Source: Flectonema sp. DT1601
Taxonomy: Eukaryota
Assembly: GCA_964019425.1 (NCBI GenBank)
Contig: OZ025785.1
Span: 806,001-870,000 of the forward strand
DNA length: 64,000 nt
Direction of reading: 5' to 3'
Below, one piece after another: positions 1-10,112 of this stretch (position 1 is its first letter; every line of letters begins with the position of its first letter). A model generated the notes under the pieces. The model saw nothing but the letters and a program-made list of their open reading frames with translations, was not told the DNA's origin and did not search any database. Both the position numbers and the translations under genes were made by a program.

Positions 1-174
1 AGAAACGTTAGTATCAAAGTTCTTACATAATTCAACGTTGCTGTATATTATGAGTGCTAGGTAACTCACAGTAACAGAGGACCGGATTGTTTAAGTAGAT
101 TTACTAACACCAAAAAAAAGAGCTTTTCCTACCGTCCAGTAATATAATAATCTAACGATAATATAAAAAAAAAA

Positions 175-322
175 GGGAAAACTCCTAATCCGAACACAAA
201 AAGTTTCCGAAACCGCCAAACTCAAAACAAAATATTTTTTTTTGTCATGGGATGGAGATGGGCAGGCCACAAGGCACTTTTTTTGGTTTCGGAAACATTT
301 GTGTCCGGATTAGAGGTTTCCC
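175..322. mobile_element. MITE-like element / imperfect terminal inverted repeat
   Basis: gggaaaactcctaatccgaacacaaaaagtttccgaaacc (from 175) is a near reverse complement of ggtttcggaaacatttgtgtccggattagaggtttccc (ending 322). Spacer ~70 bp, A-runs on both flanks, no coding capacity. Confidence 0.45.
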
Positions 323-962
323 AAAAAAACAAAAAGGGCAAATTGGTTGATTATTTTTGTTTATAACGCACGTCTACTAAAAAAACATGGAACCCGATCA
401 ACTATCAATATTTCAGTCAAATGCTAAAAAAAGATTCAAAAAGAAATTGGGATAAGCTGAATGAATGACGTATATCACATCGTGACATTTTCACTGGTGA
501 CGTACACTAAGACATCACTCAGATATTTATCATTTAACCAGAAAACTGAAGTAACCAACATTCTCACGGGATTATACTCTCTGGTGAGAAAATTTGAGAT
601 CAACGCAAAACCAATCAGTATCGAAGCTGATTGACTTCCACAACTCAAGAGAGGTTATTTAATCGATATTCTGTAGTGTCATCTGATGTACTTTGTGGTC
701 ATCTTAATAATTAGATGTAAACACCACTAATAAAGAAAACAAACAAAAAAAAAAAAAAAAAAAATACTACGTCTAAACAAAAAATCGGAATCTACAAAAA
801 TATACAACATTAGATAGGTAATGTTTGTACAAATATGATTGATATCCTACGTATGCATCATATAGTTATTGTGGTACAATGTAAGTCTACATCCTGAAAG
901 TCAATTCTGAGAGATTAGGTCGAGCGCAGGAGAGTTCTCTATAAGAGAGTAGGTTTACCTCA

Positions 963-2561
963 CTAGACCGATCCGCTGTCACTATCTGGAGCACCCTTTT
1001 CACTGTAATTCTCGTCATACTCGATATTTAAATGTCTCTTAACTTGTCTTTCGAAAACAGCCTGTCTGTATGCGAGGTCATCAACTGCTGCTTTAGTTTC
1101 GACTGCAGCCTCAAGTATCATCTGGTCGGGAAGAGCAATTGTTTCATTTGATTTTCTAATATCCATTACACCTAATTTTTCAAGAACGGTTCGACCAATC
1201 CAAAGGCTGACAACCAAAGCACAAACACAAGCAAATATTATAAACAACCCAGACATGTGTCTGATTCCAACGACGGCCTCTTCTCCTTCGTCAACGAATT
1301 CTGGGCACTCTGGAGGATGAAACTGAGTGAATAATTCCGAGTACCGCCCGCTGAATTTAGTTTTAACAACAGCAGCATTGGTCCTGCGAATGAAATCTGA
1401 TTCAGAGGAAACAGCTGCCAGTGATATCATAGTCGGATTAAATGAAATGCCACTGAGTTTGACTTTCCCGCAATTATTTGCTAAAAGAGCTGTCAGTGTT
1501 AAGGAATCAGCCATGATACCATTTACACCATTCGACAGCAATTCATTAGTACACCACTCGATACCTCGTTGATTTCCTATAAACTCCGTTGGTGGTTGAA
1601 TCCATTTTTCATGTTGGCATGCAGCTTCAACTTTCCCAAAGGGGCAGCATATAAGTGTATTCTGTGCTTCTGCGAAAGTACCAGGACCATCAGCTTTTAT
1701 TGTCTTCGCAGTTAGTATCGATGCTAAATTAGCAGTGTAGGTACTTTGAATTATTAAAACATAAAATAAAGTACCAATTCGAAGAACACGTCCAAGCCAT
1801 GTAACAACTTCGTATCCCTCACCACCAATCATTAAAGTTGTTAAAGCAAAGTACAGAGCACCGAATCCTCCAGATGGAGTACGTGTCATTTTACTAGCGT
1901 AACGGCTTTCTACTAACCAGAATACAAATGCAGAAGCTAAGATACCTCCGCATATAAGAAGCCATAACTCGGTTGTGTATGGGTCGAAGATACCCCACAT
2001 GGAACCGCTGCTTTCATATTTTCGAATAAGAATTTCATGGTCCAATTCAATCAAAGGAAGTGATAATGAAACAACTCCTTGTGTCACTGCAGAGTAGTGA
2101 TGTTCACTTAACCAGCTTGGAATACAATCTGCTATTCCATTCGTAAGGACTGCTCCTGTTAAGAACATTTCAAAAGAAGTCGGAATTATCTCAAAATCTA
2201 CACCAACTTGTGTCATTAATTCTTCCAAGTATCCCAAGAAGAATCCACTAAATCGATCATTTCCTATTTTGTTCTTATCGTATTCCCAAAATGGAGGTAC
2301 AGAATGATCGGGTCCTGAGATTCTTATCATCTTCCTGTCAGGGTTCCCTGACAAACAGTTTCCACAACATGCATTTTGAAACTTTGGTTCGTTGCATAAG
2401 AAAGGAATTGCTTGCAGTAAATCTTTACAACTCGGATTGGTTTGAAATTTTATTGACAGAAATGTCTCAATTTCCCCAATCAATTTCGAATCGTTAGGCA
2501 TGATAGAATTACAGTTCGGTGGTACAATAGCTGCCGCCAACACCATCAACAACGGCAGCAT
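963..2561 (-). CDS. Ionotropic glutamate receptor-like (iGluR/GLR-type) ligand-gated channel lacking an ATD
   Basis: 532-aa ORF: signal peptide, S1 segment (PPF...FSGF..GYLEEL), pre-M1/M1 (WGIFDPYTTELWLLI), pore loop (LYFALTTLMIGG), M3 with SYTANLA-type motif (STYTANLASILT), S2 and M4 (VGIRHMSGLFIIF). Confidence 0.9.
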   Translation of the reverse strand: MLPLLMVLAAAIVPPNCNSIMPNDSKLIGEIETFLSIKFQTNPSCKDLLQAIPFLCNEPKFQNACCGNCLSGNPDRKMIRISGPDHSVPPFWEYDKNKIGNDRFSGFFLGYLEELMTQVGVDFEIIPTSFEMFLTGAVLTNGIADCIPSWLSEHHYSAVTQGVVSLSLPLIELDHEILIRKYESSGSMWGIFDPYTTELWLLICGGILASAFVFWLVESRYASKMTRTPSGGFGALYFALTTLMIGGEGYEVVTWLGRVLRIGTLFYVLIIQSTYTANLASILTAKTIKADGPGTFAEAQNTLICCPFGKVEAACQHEKWIQPPTEFIGNQRGIEWCTNELLSNGVNGIMADSLTLTALLANNCGKVKLSGISFNPTMISLAAVSSESDFIRRTNAAVVKTKFSGRYSELFTQFHPPECPEFVDEGEEAVVGIRHMSGLFIIFACVCALVVSLWIGRTVLEKLGVMDIRKSNETIALPDQMILEAAVETKAAVDDLAYRQAVFERQVKRHLNIEYDENYSEKGAPDSDSGSV

Positions 2562-2735
2562 TTTCTTTATTTATTTTTTTTTTTTCCCCTATTCTGAGAG
2601 TGAACGTATTAAACCACGAAAAAACAATCACACTGACAGACCCCCCAACACCATAAAAAACATTAGTAGTTTATTACAATTACAAAGACTATTAAAATTA
2701 GAGAAGGTGAGGTACCCAACACCATTGTTCTCCAA

Positions 2736-3641
2736 TTAATGAATAATTAGAGGCCTCAATGCGAGAAAGCACTCTTTCATAGATGATATTCTACTCTGTA
2801 ATTTAATTGAAATAGAAGCTGAAGCAGGAAGCCAAACAAAGTCTGAAATCGTCTGTCCAGACACGCAGCGTTCAAGTAATCGACTTGATGATCGAGTTTT
2901 CGTTACGAATGATTTGCAAGTAGTGCTGACGAAGACATCATCGTCGTTAACACAGATGGTCACATGAGGAGTATCAGAATTACTGAAAACTCCACAGCTT
3001 ATTTCATATAAACCTTCTCTGATAACGTTTATTATGTGAGGTTTAGATGTATTCCAAGACAGTACTTTGGGTGAACTGGAATTCGAGCCGACTGTTGATG
3101 TCCATTCGATCCTATTTTTATTTACTTTAAGACATGAAGGCTTACATAACCAAGTGACACCTTGACTTCTCTCTAATATATTTGAAGTGTCTGTTTCAAT
3201 CGATTTTTGTGATAATCTCATATCAACGAATTCTTTTATTTCATTTAATTTTTGTAAATATAAAATATGTTGATTATGACTGTTAGTACTCTCAACAACA
3301 GACTCTGGTTGTGATACCTGTTTTTGTATTGTCGCGATGTCTGTGTTGAGTCCGGCGACTTTGGCTTTCAGTCTAGAGAAGGACTCAGTCTGATTGTCAG
3401 AAGTTTGTTTAAAATTATCAAGTCGGCATTGATGATCATCAAGTCGACGTGTTATAACTTTAATATTTCTTTCTGCGGAAGTCATTCGGTTGTTTAGATC
3501 GTCAGATTTTCCCAACGTTGACATCATTTCCTTCATTTGAACGACTTCTCCAAACATCACACAAAACGCAGTCCTGACTATCGACTGAACATTCTTCCAA
3601 TCTTTCGTTCCTCGTTCTAATCCGTCAAAGAGATCATTCAT
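2736..3641 (-). CDS. Hypothetical coiled-coil protein with beta-rich C-terminal domain (possibly C1q/TNF-like)
   Basis: Coding-like from the ATG at 3641 (MNDLFDG...). The upstream ORF extension only reads through a poly-T tract. Heptad-rich middle, C-terminal GLYEISCGVF-type beta strands. Confidence 0.65.
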   Translation of the reverse strand: MNDLFDGLERGTKDWKNVQSIVRTAFCVMFGEVVQMKEMMSTLGKSDDLNNRMTSAERNIKVITRRLDDHQCRLDNFKQTSDNQTESFSRLKAKVAGLNTDIATIQKQVSQPESVVESTNSHNQHILYLQKLNEIKEFVDMRLSQKSIETDTSNILERSQGVTWLCKPSCLKVNKNRIEWTSTVGSNSSSPKVLSWNTSKPHIINVIREGLYEISCGVFSNSDTPHVTICVNDDDVFVSTTCKSFVTKTRSSSRLLERCVSGQTISDFVWLPASASISIKLQSRISSMKECFLALRPLIIH

Positions 3642-3799
3642 AATTCCGAAAGAGGAGCTAATAGAGAAGTACAATATGATATTAATTGATATCTGTCGAA
3701 TAATAATAATAAAAAGAACCGACACAAAGACTACAGCGAGAAGAAAGAATGAGAAAGAAGGTTGCTTCCCCACATGCAGTCGCTTGTCGGTGAAAAAAT

Positions 3800-3852
<53 letters not shown>

Positions 3853-4003
3853 CTAGTTTTTTTTTTTTCTTCATTTCTTTTAAAACAAGCAGTAGGTTCG
3901 AATTCAACTAAAAGGGAACGGAAATCATTCGGGTACACTACTCATGTGTGCTATGAACACATTTATAATGGAATAAGTAGCTCGCTAACAGCAGGCCATT
4001 CGT

Positions 4004-6211
4004 TTATAACTTCTCTTTAACGCCGTACTTCTTCTGACAAAATGCCTCAGCAGCTTCGAGAAGATCAGCTTTTAAACCTGAAGCATTCTGCTTATTATCT
4101 TTCAAGAACTGCTTGAGGATAGCGACTGTTAGTTTTTTTAAACTATCACTGGAGTAGTACTGCTCAAAATTAATGTCTCGAATGTCTACTTTTTTTGGAT
4201 CGTTATCGGGGTAATCTGCGAGACGTTTCTTCATACCTGAATTCCCCGTAGCAACTTCCGCGTTGTATCCTGCCGTATAAGCAGCTGAAGAATAGCTTTT
4301 AAACGCTTCCCGAAGTGGTTCCATATTCTTATAATCGGGTAACGTATAATCAGCAACATCTTCATAGTCTTCTTCCAGAGCAATTGATTGTAAAACGGTG
4401 TAGTGTTTTTGTAGTGATGGGTTAGGATAATCGTAGCTGTCATATTTTGGTTCCGCTCCTTTAAACGCGGGAGCCAGTTGCATTCTCTTAATGATCTGTT
4501 TTGCCTTTGTGACGAGAGTATCGTGGCTTGGACCGTCTTTATATTTATCATCAAGTTGAATATCCCTGATATCGTCAGCATATGCCAATGGTATAACATG
4601 TAACCCAAAAGATTCATCTTTGTTACCGTCAGCTTCAAAACTTTCTAGCTGAGGTAGGAGAGCTACGATTCGGGGTGCGCTGTTCTTTCTTGGGATCAAT
4701 TCAGCGATTGCTGCTTTTTCAAGTGAATCCATCTTCAATACTAACGCTTTAAAGACTTTTGAAGAACCAATTACTCTACTATCGTCTGGATGAATGAAGA
4801 TTGGTGGTCCGATTTGATGTGAAATCTTAACCAACTTCTTCGATTTAAATCCCAGAATTCGAAGACCAGGAGTGCCAAACTGAGCTGTCATTTCCCTCAT
4901 CTCAGATGGTTTGAATGTAACTTCTTCTGTTCCAAGAGTTAGTGATCTATTTTGATCCATTTCAGTGAGAATAGCTGCCGTATCGTGACAGATGTATTTA
5001 GTTTCGGTTATGAGTGGAATGTTAGTTTTCAAATCTAAATTTATAGCTGATCCCTTTCTAGCTTTCATACAAGGGTTGTACAGCTTTACCGCCATAGCTG
5101 GGAGTTCAAATCCCTGAGACCCAAACGCAATATTGACGCCACCAGCAGACCTTTTGTGATGTGTTTTTCTCTTCAGAGGATCCAGTAGATCGGCAAAGGA
5201 CAATTTCGCATCCAAATGGATTGAGTTGGAGTCATTCTCATCTTCATTTATATAAATAACTTCCCTCCAAAACATCGCTGAGTCAAATGAATTTCTATCT
5301 CTTTTATTGACTACTTCTGCGCTAGCTGTTTCACCAGATGATTTTGTTTGTAGTAAAGTAGAAGCACCGTCAGTCTTTCTTCCACTGCCTGTGAGAGAAT
5401 TACTTCCAGATTGAGGAACGTTGCTATTTTTTACAAGACTTGACCCAAGACTCACCGGCTGAGCAACAGAAACAGTTAACTGATTTTGCATCACCTTAAG
5501 AGGAGAAGACATTAGAAAGTCTGAAGACGACTGTGTATTCCCACCAGACGAAGAGAGATGCGGTGTTGGTGATGCTGATGCTTGTTGATGGGGAAGTCCT
5601 TTTCTCAAAGCGAATAATTGTAAAGTGATGTCAGCCTCGAGTAAATCTTTGCATCGACTCAAACACTTTTGTCTCGAAGCAGCATCACCTTTGATTGGAT
5701 TATCGTCATCTGTGAAGACCATTATTCTTTTAAATGCCACAGTCTTTGGTAATCCGTGAAACAAATGTTGTGAGGTCCAGAAGGCATCGTGTAAAGGAAA
5801 TTGATTCCAACAACCAACGTGAGTCATAAAGGCATCCCTGTCTGAGATTAAGCTTTCCAATTCTTTAATACGTTGGGCACTAGGTCTAGCTAAAGTATGA
5901 AAAATATAAATTCCATTAAAGCTGTAAGCGTTCAGCATGTGTTTTGTTCCATAAAGTTGAAGGCCTACAAAGTCTGTGGCGCTGCTTAAAATCTTGTCTT
6001 TGTAAAACTTTATGCAGCTCTGGATTGAGATTTCAAAAGGAATCTCTCCTTCGGTGTTGGGTTCGAACATTGATTCCTGACAGTCGACCATAAATAAAAT
6101 TGCATCTCGTTGTTGTTCTTTTGTTGTTTGTGTGCTGACTTCCTCTTCGGCATCCCAACCACCGAAGATGTCATCCACCTGGTCGTCATCGTCCATACTT
6201 TTCCATTCCAT
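4004..6211 (-). CDS. KU70: Ku70 (vWA domain, Ku core beta-barrel, C-terminal SAP domain)
   Basis: RDAILFMVDC..SMF, KRIMVFTDDDNP, GLRILGFK, LAYADDIR, YPNPSLQKHY and SAP-like LKKLTVAILKQFLK...GLKADLLE are hallmark Ku70 motifs. Confidence 0.95.
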   Translation of the reverse strand: MEWKSMDDDDQVDDIFGGWDAEEEVSTQTTKEQQRDAILFMVDCQESMFEPNTEGEIPFEISIQSCIKFYKDKILSSATDFVGLQLYGTKHMLNAYSFNGIYIFHTLARPSAQRIKELESLISDRDAFMTHVGCWNQFPLHDAFWTSQHLFHGLPKTVAFKRIMVFTDDDNPIKGDAASRQKCLSRCKDLLEADITLQLFALRKGLPHQQASASPTPHLSSSGGNTQSSSDFLMSSPLKVMQNQLTVSVAQPVSLGSSLVKNSNVPQSGSNSLTGSGRKTDGASTLLQTKSSGETASAEVVNKRDRNSFDSAMFWREVIYINEDENDSNSIHLDAKLSFADLLDPLKRKTHHKRSAGGVNIAFGSQGFELPAMAVKLYNPCMKARKGSAINLDLKTNIPLITETKYICHDTAAILTEMDQNRSLTLGTEEVTFKPSEMREMTAQFGTPGLRILGFKSKKLVKISHQIGPPIFIHPDDSRVIGSSKVFKALVLKMDSLEKAAIAELIPRKNSAPRIVALLPQLESFEADGNKDESFGLHVIPLAYADDIRDIQLDDKYKDGPSHDTLVTKAKQIIKRMQLAPAFKGAEPKYDSYDYPNPSLQKHYTVLQSIALEEDYEDVADYTLPDYKNMEPLREAFKSYSSAAYTAGYNAEVATGNSGMKKRLADYPDNDPKKVDIRDINFEQYYSSDSLKKLTVAILKQFLKDNKQNASGLKADLLEAAEAFCQKKYGVKEKL

Positions 6212-7604
6212 TTCTTATTGTGTTCGTAGAACCTGAATAGTGAGTTGTTAGAATTGTAAATTAATAACAAATTGTTCATCTTCTCAACTAGTACGGGTTC
6301 TCATATTTCATAAGTGAATCATCCTAGTAAGAAGTGTTGAAGTAGTTCACAATAATTTGGTAATATTTTTTATTTTTACTCCGACTTTCACTTTGTTTAA
6401 ACTTCAAGAAAAAACATGAAAGCAGAACGTGTTCTGAAGTGGCGAAGGGGAAGGGGTTACAATTCGTTCAAGAAACTCACTAGGTGGGGTGTTTGTGGGG
6501 AGGACTTTTTTCTGGTTTTTTTTTTTTTTTTTTTTTTCGATATCAAATAGTTCTGGCTGTAAAGATGCTTACACAGAACTGACAAACAAAACTTATCATC
6601 AACGATGAATGACGAAGTGGCTGTTTTTTTTTTTTTAAATTTCGGACTAAGATCTATTCAGCCATTGTAATGATCGGTAAACTAACATTGACTAACAAAT
6701 TAAAGTGTTCTGACACATTCGTTATATGATAATAACGGTACCTTTTTTGCGTGAGTTTCTTATACCCTCTTGATTGAGGGATTACAACACACTTTAATTA
6801 TAAAGAGTAAGTTCATAATTAAAAAAGAAACTGGGGGAAAAAAAAAAAAAAGGGAAAAAAAAAAACCAAAACCGTAATAGTAAATCGGAATTCTTTTGAG
6901 TTTACCGTTTTTTTTTTTTTTTTTTTTTTTGTTTTTTTTTTCGTTAGTTCGGTAGTTCATTTGAATGAAAAATTTTTTAATTTCTTTTTTTCACATCCTC
7001 ACTCACAAATTTTGATGTCGGGAGAACTGTGACTGAACTAATTTTTTTCTTTTTTTTTTTTTTTTGTTCCCTTTCCACCTCGTTCCCTTATTTTTTTTTT
7101 TTTTTTTCGTTCTGGGGATCAAACAAACAATTCAAAACACCAACAAAAGAATCGTACCGGAGCGTAATTAAGAGTATCGTTACTCTCTGGAAAAAAATCT
7201 TTTTTTTTTTAAATACTAATCCATAATACTGCTGTGAAGCGGCACCCCCTTTGAAATCAAAAGCTGAAGCGTATTAAGGATCTCTCGGTGGGTTTTTTTT
7301 TCTTTCTTTCTTTTTCTTTGAATCACTCGATCGTTTACTAACGGACACTTTCCTCAGAGCACTAAGCCACCTTTTTCGAAGGGGGAAGGGAAGGTAAAGT
7401 AAAACATATTATTGTTGGAAGAAAACGACACTTTTTTTTTTTTTTTTTTTAAAAAAAGGAAAAAAAGAAGGGGAAAAAACTGGGAAGGCCGGGTGAAAAG
7501 AAAAAAAGAAAACGAAGAAGACAATAATGTCCCAAGAAAGTGTGAAGGGATATCTCGCAAAGGCAAAAACTGAAGCTACCACAAAGAAAACAAACACGGA
7601 AAAA

Positions 7605-9222
7605 TTACGACTCCGTAGGCCTCGCAGCAATGCGCTTCTTTGGAGAACCAGCGCCGAGCATTGGAGCTCTCTTTCCGCCCACATTCCTTCCCTCAATCGC
7701 ATCAAGCGTACGGTGTGATAATTCCATGTAGTGGAAGATACGTTTAGACTCTGTCTCGTATTCTTGTTGTTTGTTCCTTGCAGCGAGGAGCTGTTTTTTT
7801 TTGTTTGTTTGTCTTTCCCTTTTAGAAGTCGGTCTCAGAGAGTGCGAAAAAAAAAAGCAAAAACGTCATACCTTTTGTTGCAGCCTCTTGATTTCCTGTT
7901 CCTTCTCTTTTCTGATACTGGTGATTTCCTGTTGGTACTTCTTCAAGTTTCTATTTTGAAGATCAAGAGCACGCTTCTCCTCAACTGTCTTGTCTCTCAT
8001 TAAAGAAGTCTCGTGTTCCATTCGTTTGTACGGGTCGTGGTATTTTCTCTCCTTGTCATTAAACTGTTTTTTTTTTGTTTAGTTATTTTTAATGGATTTT
8101 CAAGTTTCTCAATTTGATGCTCGAATAGAAGTTACTAAATAAATCACATACCATCTTAAAAGGATCGTCTTCCTCTCCTTTAATAAATGAACAACGTAGA
8201 TTCTCTTGGTCCATGTCAAATCTAATTCTAATAGACTTAACACCGCCAGCCTTGACAACGTATCCAGGTCGGATTTCATTTCCGTTGATGTGGGTGACTC
8301 GGCGACCAATGAATTTTGAGAATCCGCATTTGTCGGCTATGCTGTGAGGTGCTACGGAAACAAGTCTAGTTTTGTCTTCGAATCGGAGTCCAGTTGGGTC
8401 TGTTGCGTTGTCCTTTGTTAGGACTGCCTCAGACTTATCAATCAACTCGGCATGCTCTGTTTCTGGATCATCAAAGTGAGCTGCAACACCTTCACCGCTT
8501 TTGTATTCTCTTTGGATTTTGAGTTTGTAGTCTTTTAACTTTTCGGCCTTCTTGTCTTTGTTTTCGTAGTGTCCACATCTCAAGTGATCTTCTATAGCGT
8601 CAATGTCGTGTTTTAATCCCTTAATGTCGAGAAGCATTTGTTCTCTCTCTCTCATACAACGTACAATAACGTGCATAATGTCTCTGTCCTTTTCTTGGAT
8701 CATGTCGGATATTTGTTTGCTGGATTCGGCTTCGAGATCAATTTCGTGTTGTCTCATCATCTTCAAAATCATTTTGAGTTCCCGGAGTTGCTTTGTTGCG
8801 ACTAGGATTTCATTTTCTCTATCTTTGGTGATTTCGTGAATGGTTTTAATTAATTTAAAGGGATCAGGTTTTTTTGAAGTTGCTCTAAATTGTCTGATCC
8901 GCTCACATCTTTCAGCAACTGGCTGACGAAGTCCTTTCGCCATTTCTTGGAGTTCTCTGGTTTCGATTTCTGCCTTGCTGCGGAGTTCGACATTCTTGTC
9001 CTTTGCGGCATCAATTTGTTTTAAAAGTGACTCGTTATCGTGTGTGATCTTTGATAACCCTCCTCTAGCTTTCTTTATTAATGCAACCTCATCGGCAAAG
9101 CTCTGACAGTGCGCTCTTACTTTTTCAATTTTTGATTTGACTTCGCCAGCGCTTGCGTCCTCTGCTTCCATCAGCAGGTCGATCTCCTTCATCGCCGCGT
9201 CCGCATCAAATTCTGTTGCCAT
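7605..9222 (-). CDS. Hypothetical coiled-coil protein with degenerate PDZ-like segment, 3 exons
   Basis: Exons 9222-8152, 8063-7872 and 7790-7605 joined by GTATG...ACAG introns give a continuous frame ending ARPTES*. PDZ-like segment: GLRFED...VAPHSIADKCG...RVTHING. Confidence 0.75.
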
Positions 9223-9468
9223 CTGATAATATATCCTGTTGAGAATTGTGAATTGTGAATTGTGATGGAATAAAAAAGAAGTGCTAATTCACCTTACCGT
9301 TGGTGTTGGTGTTTGTCTTTGTCTTCCCTGCTGGAATTATCTCTGCTACATAGTTATTTACCCTTCCTATAAATATGAAATAAAGAGCACACAAATCATT
9401 CAAAAAATAAATTGGCACCAGAAACAAGAAGCAGCCAAGTGATTTGTGATCATGAGTGTTGGAAGAAA

Positions 9469-9501
<33 letters not shown>

Positions 9502-10112
9502 CGGGGACGACAAGGGAGTCGAATGAAGTGCGAAAACACATGGGATGGGAAGGACGCTACTGGAAAAAAAACGTGTGAAAAAGTGCGCGCAACAAGAGGA
9601 ACAAGGCCAGATAAATGTCCTATCGGCGCTGCAAGAAAAAAAGACAACTAAAACTTATTTTTCAAAAATTGTTGGCAAAACAACATTACGATAAGTGTTT
9701 ACTACCAATTGGTTTACCAAATTGATATTGTCATTGAAGGCTTAGCAATGAATCACTTTGTGTTTGTTGAGTGCTTGTTGCTATACTTTCATTCACTAAT
9801 TAACTCGGGTGAGGTAATCACACCCTGTTGGTAGTCATCTCTGGTGTCCCGCAACTTTCGAGAGAGTTTGACAACACATTAATGAGAACAAACATCTCAC
9901 GCTGAAGTAAAGTTTGTCCGCACAGCCTCCTTTTTAACAACCTGATTACTAAATACTTTGACTGAATGATACCTGACGGAAGATTGCACAAAGGAGGAGA
10001 GACTGAGTTGTATTTCAGCTATAATAAGTCACACCGACAATCAGTGAGGGGCACAACCACAGCCCCAACCTACCCCAACCTAAACTACAGACTGTTAACT
10101 ACAAGTAGCTGG

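Noticed and set aside
9778..9795. ctatactttca resembling the U3 snoRNA 5' A' box
   Set aside because: No GAC box before it, no box A after it, and no convincing B/C/D box arrangement.
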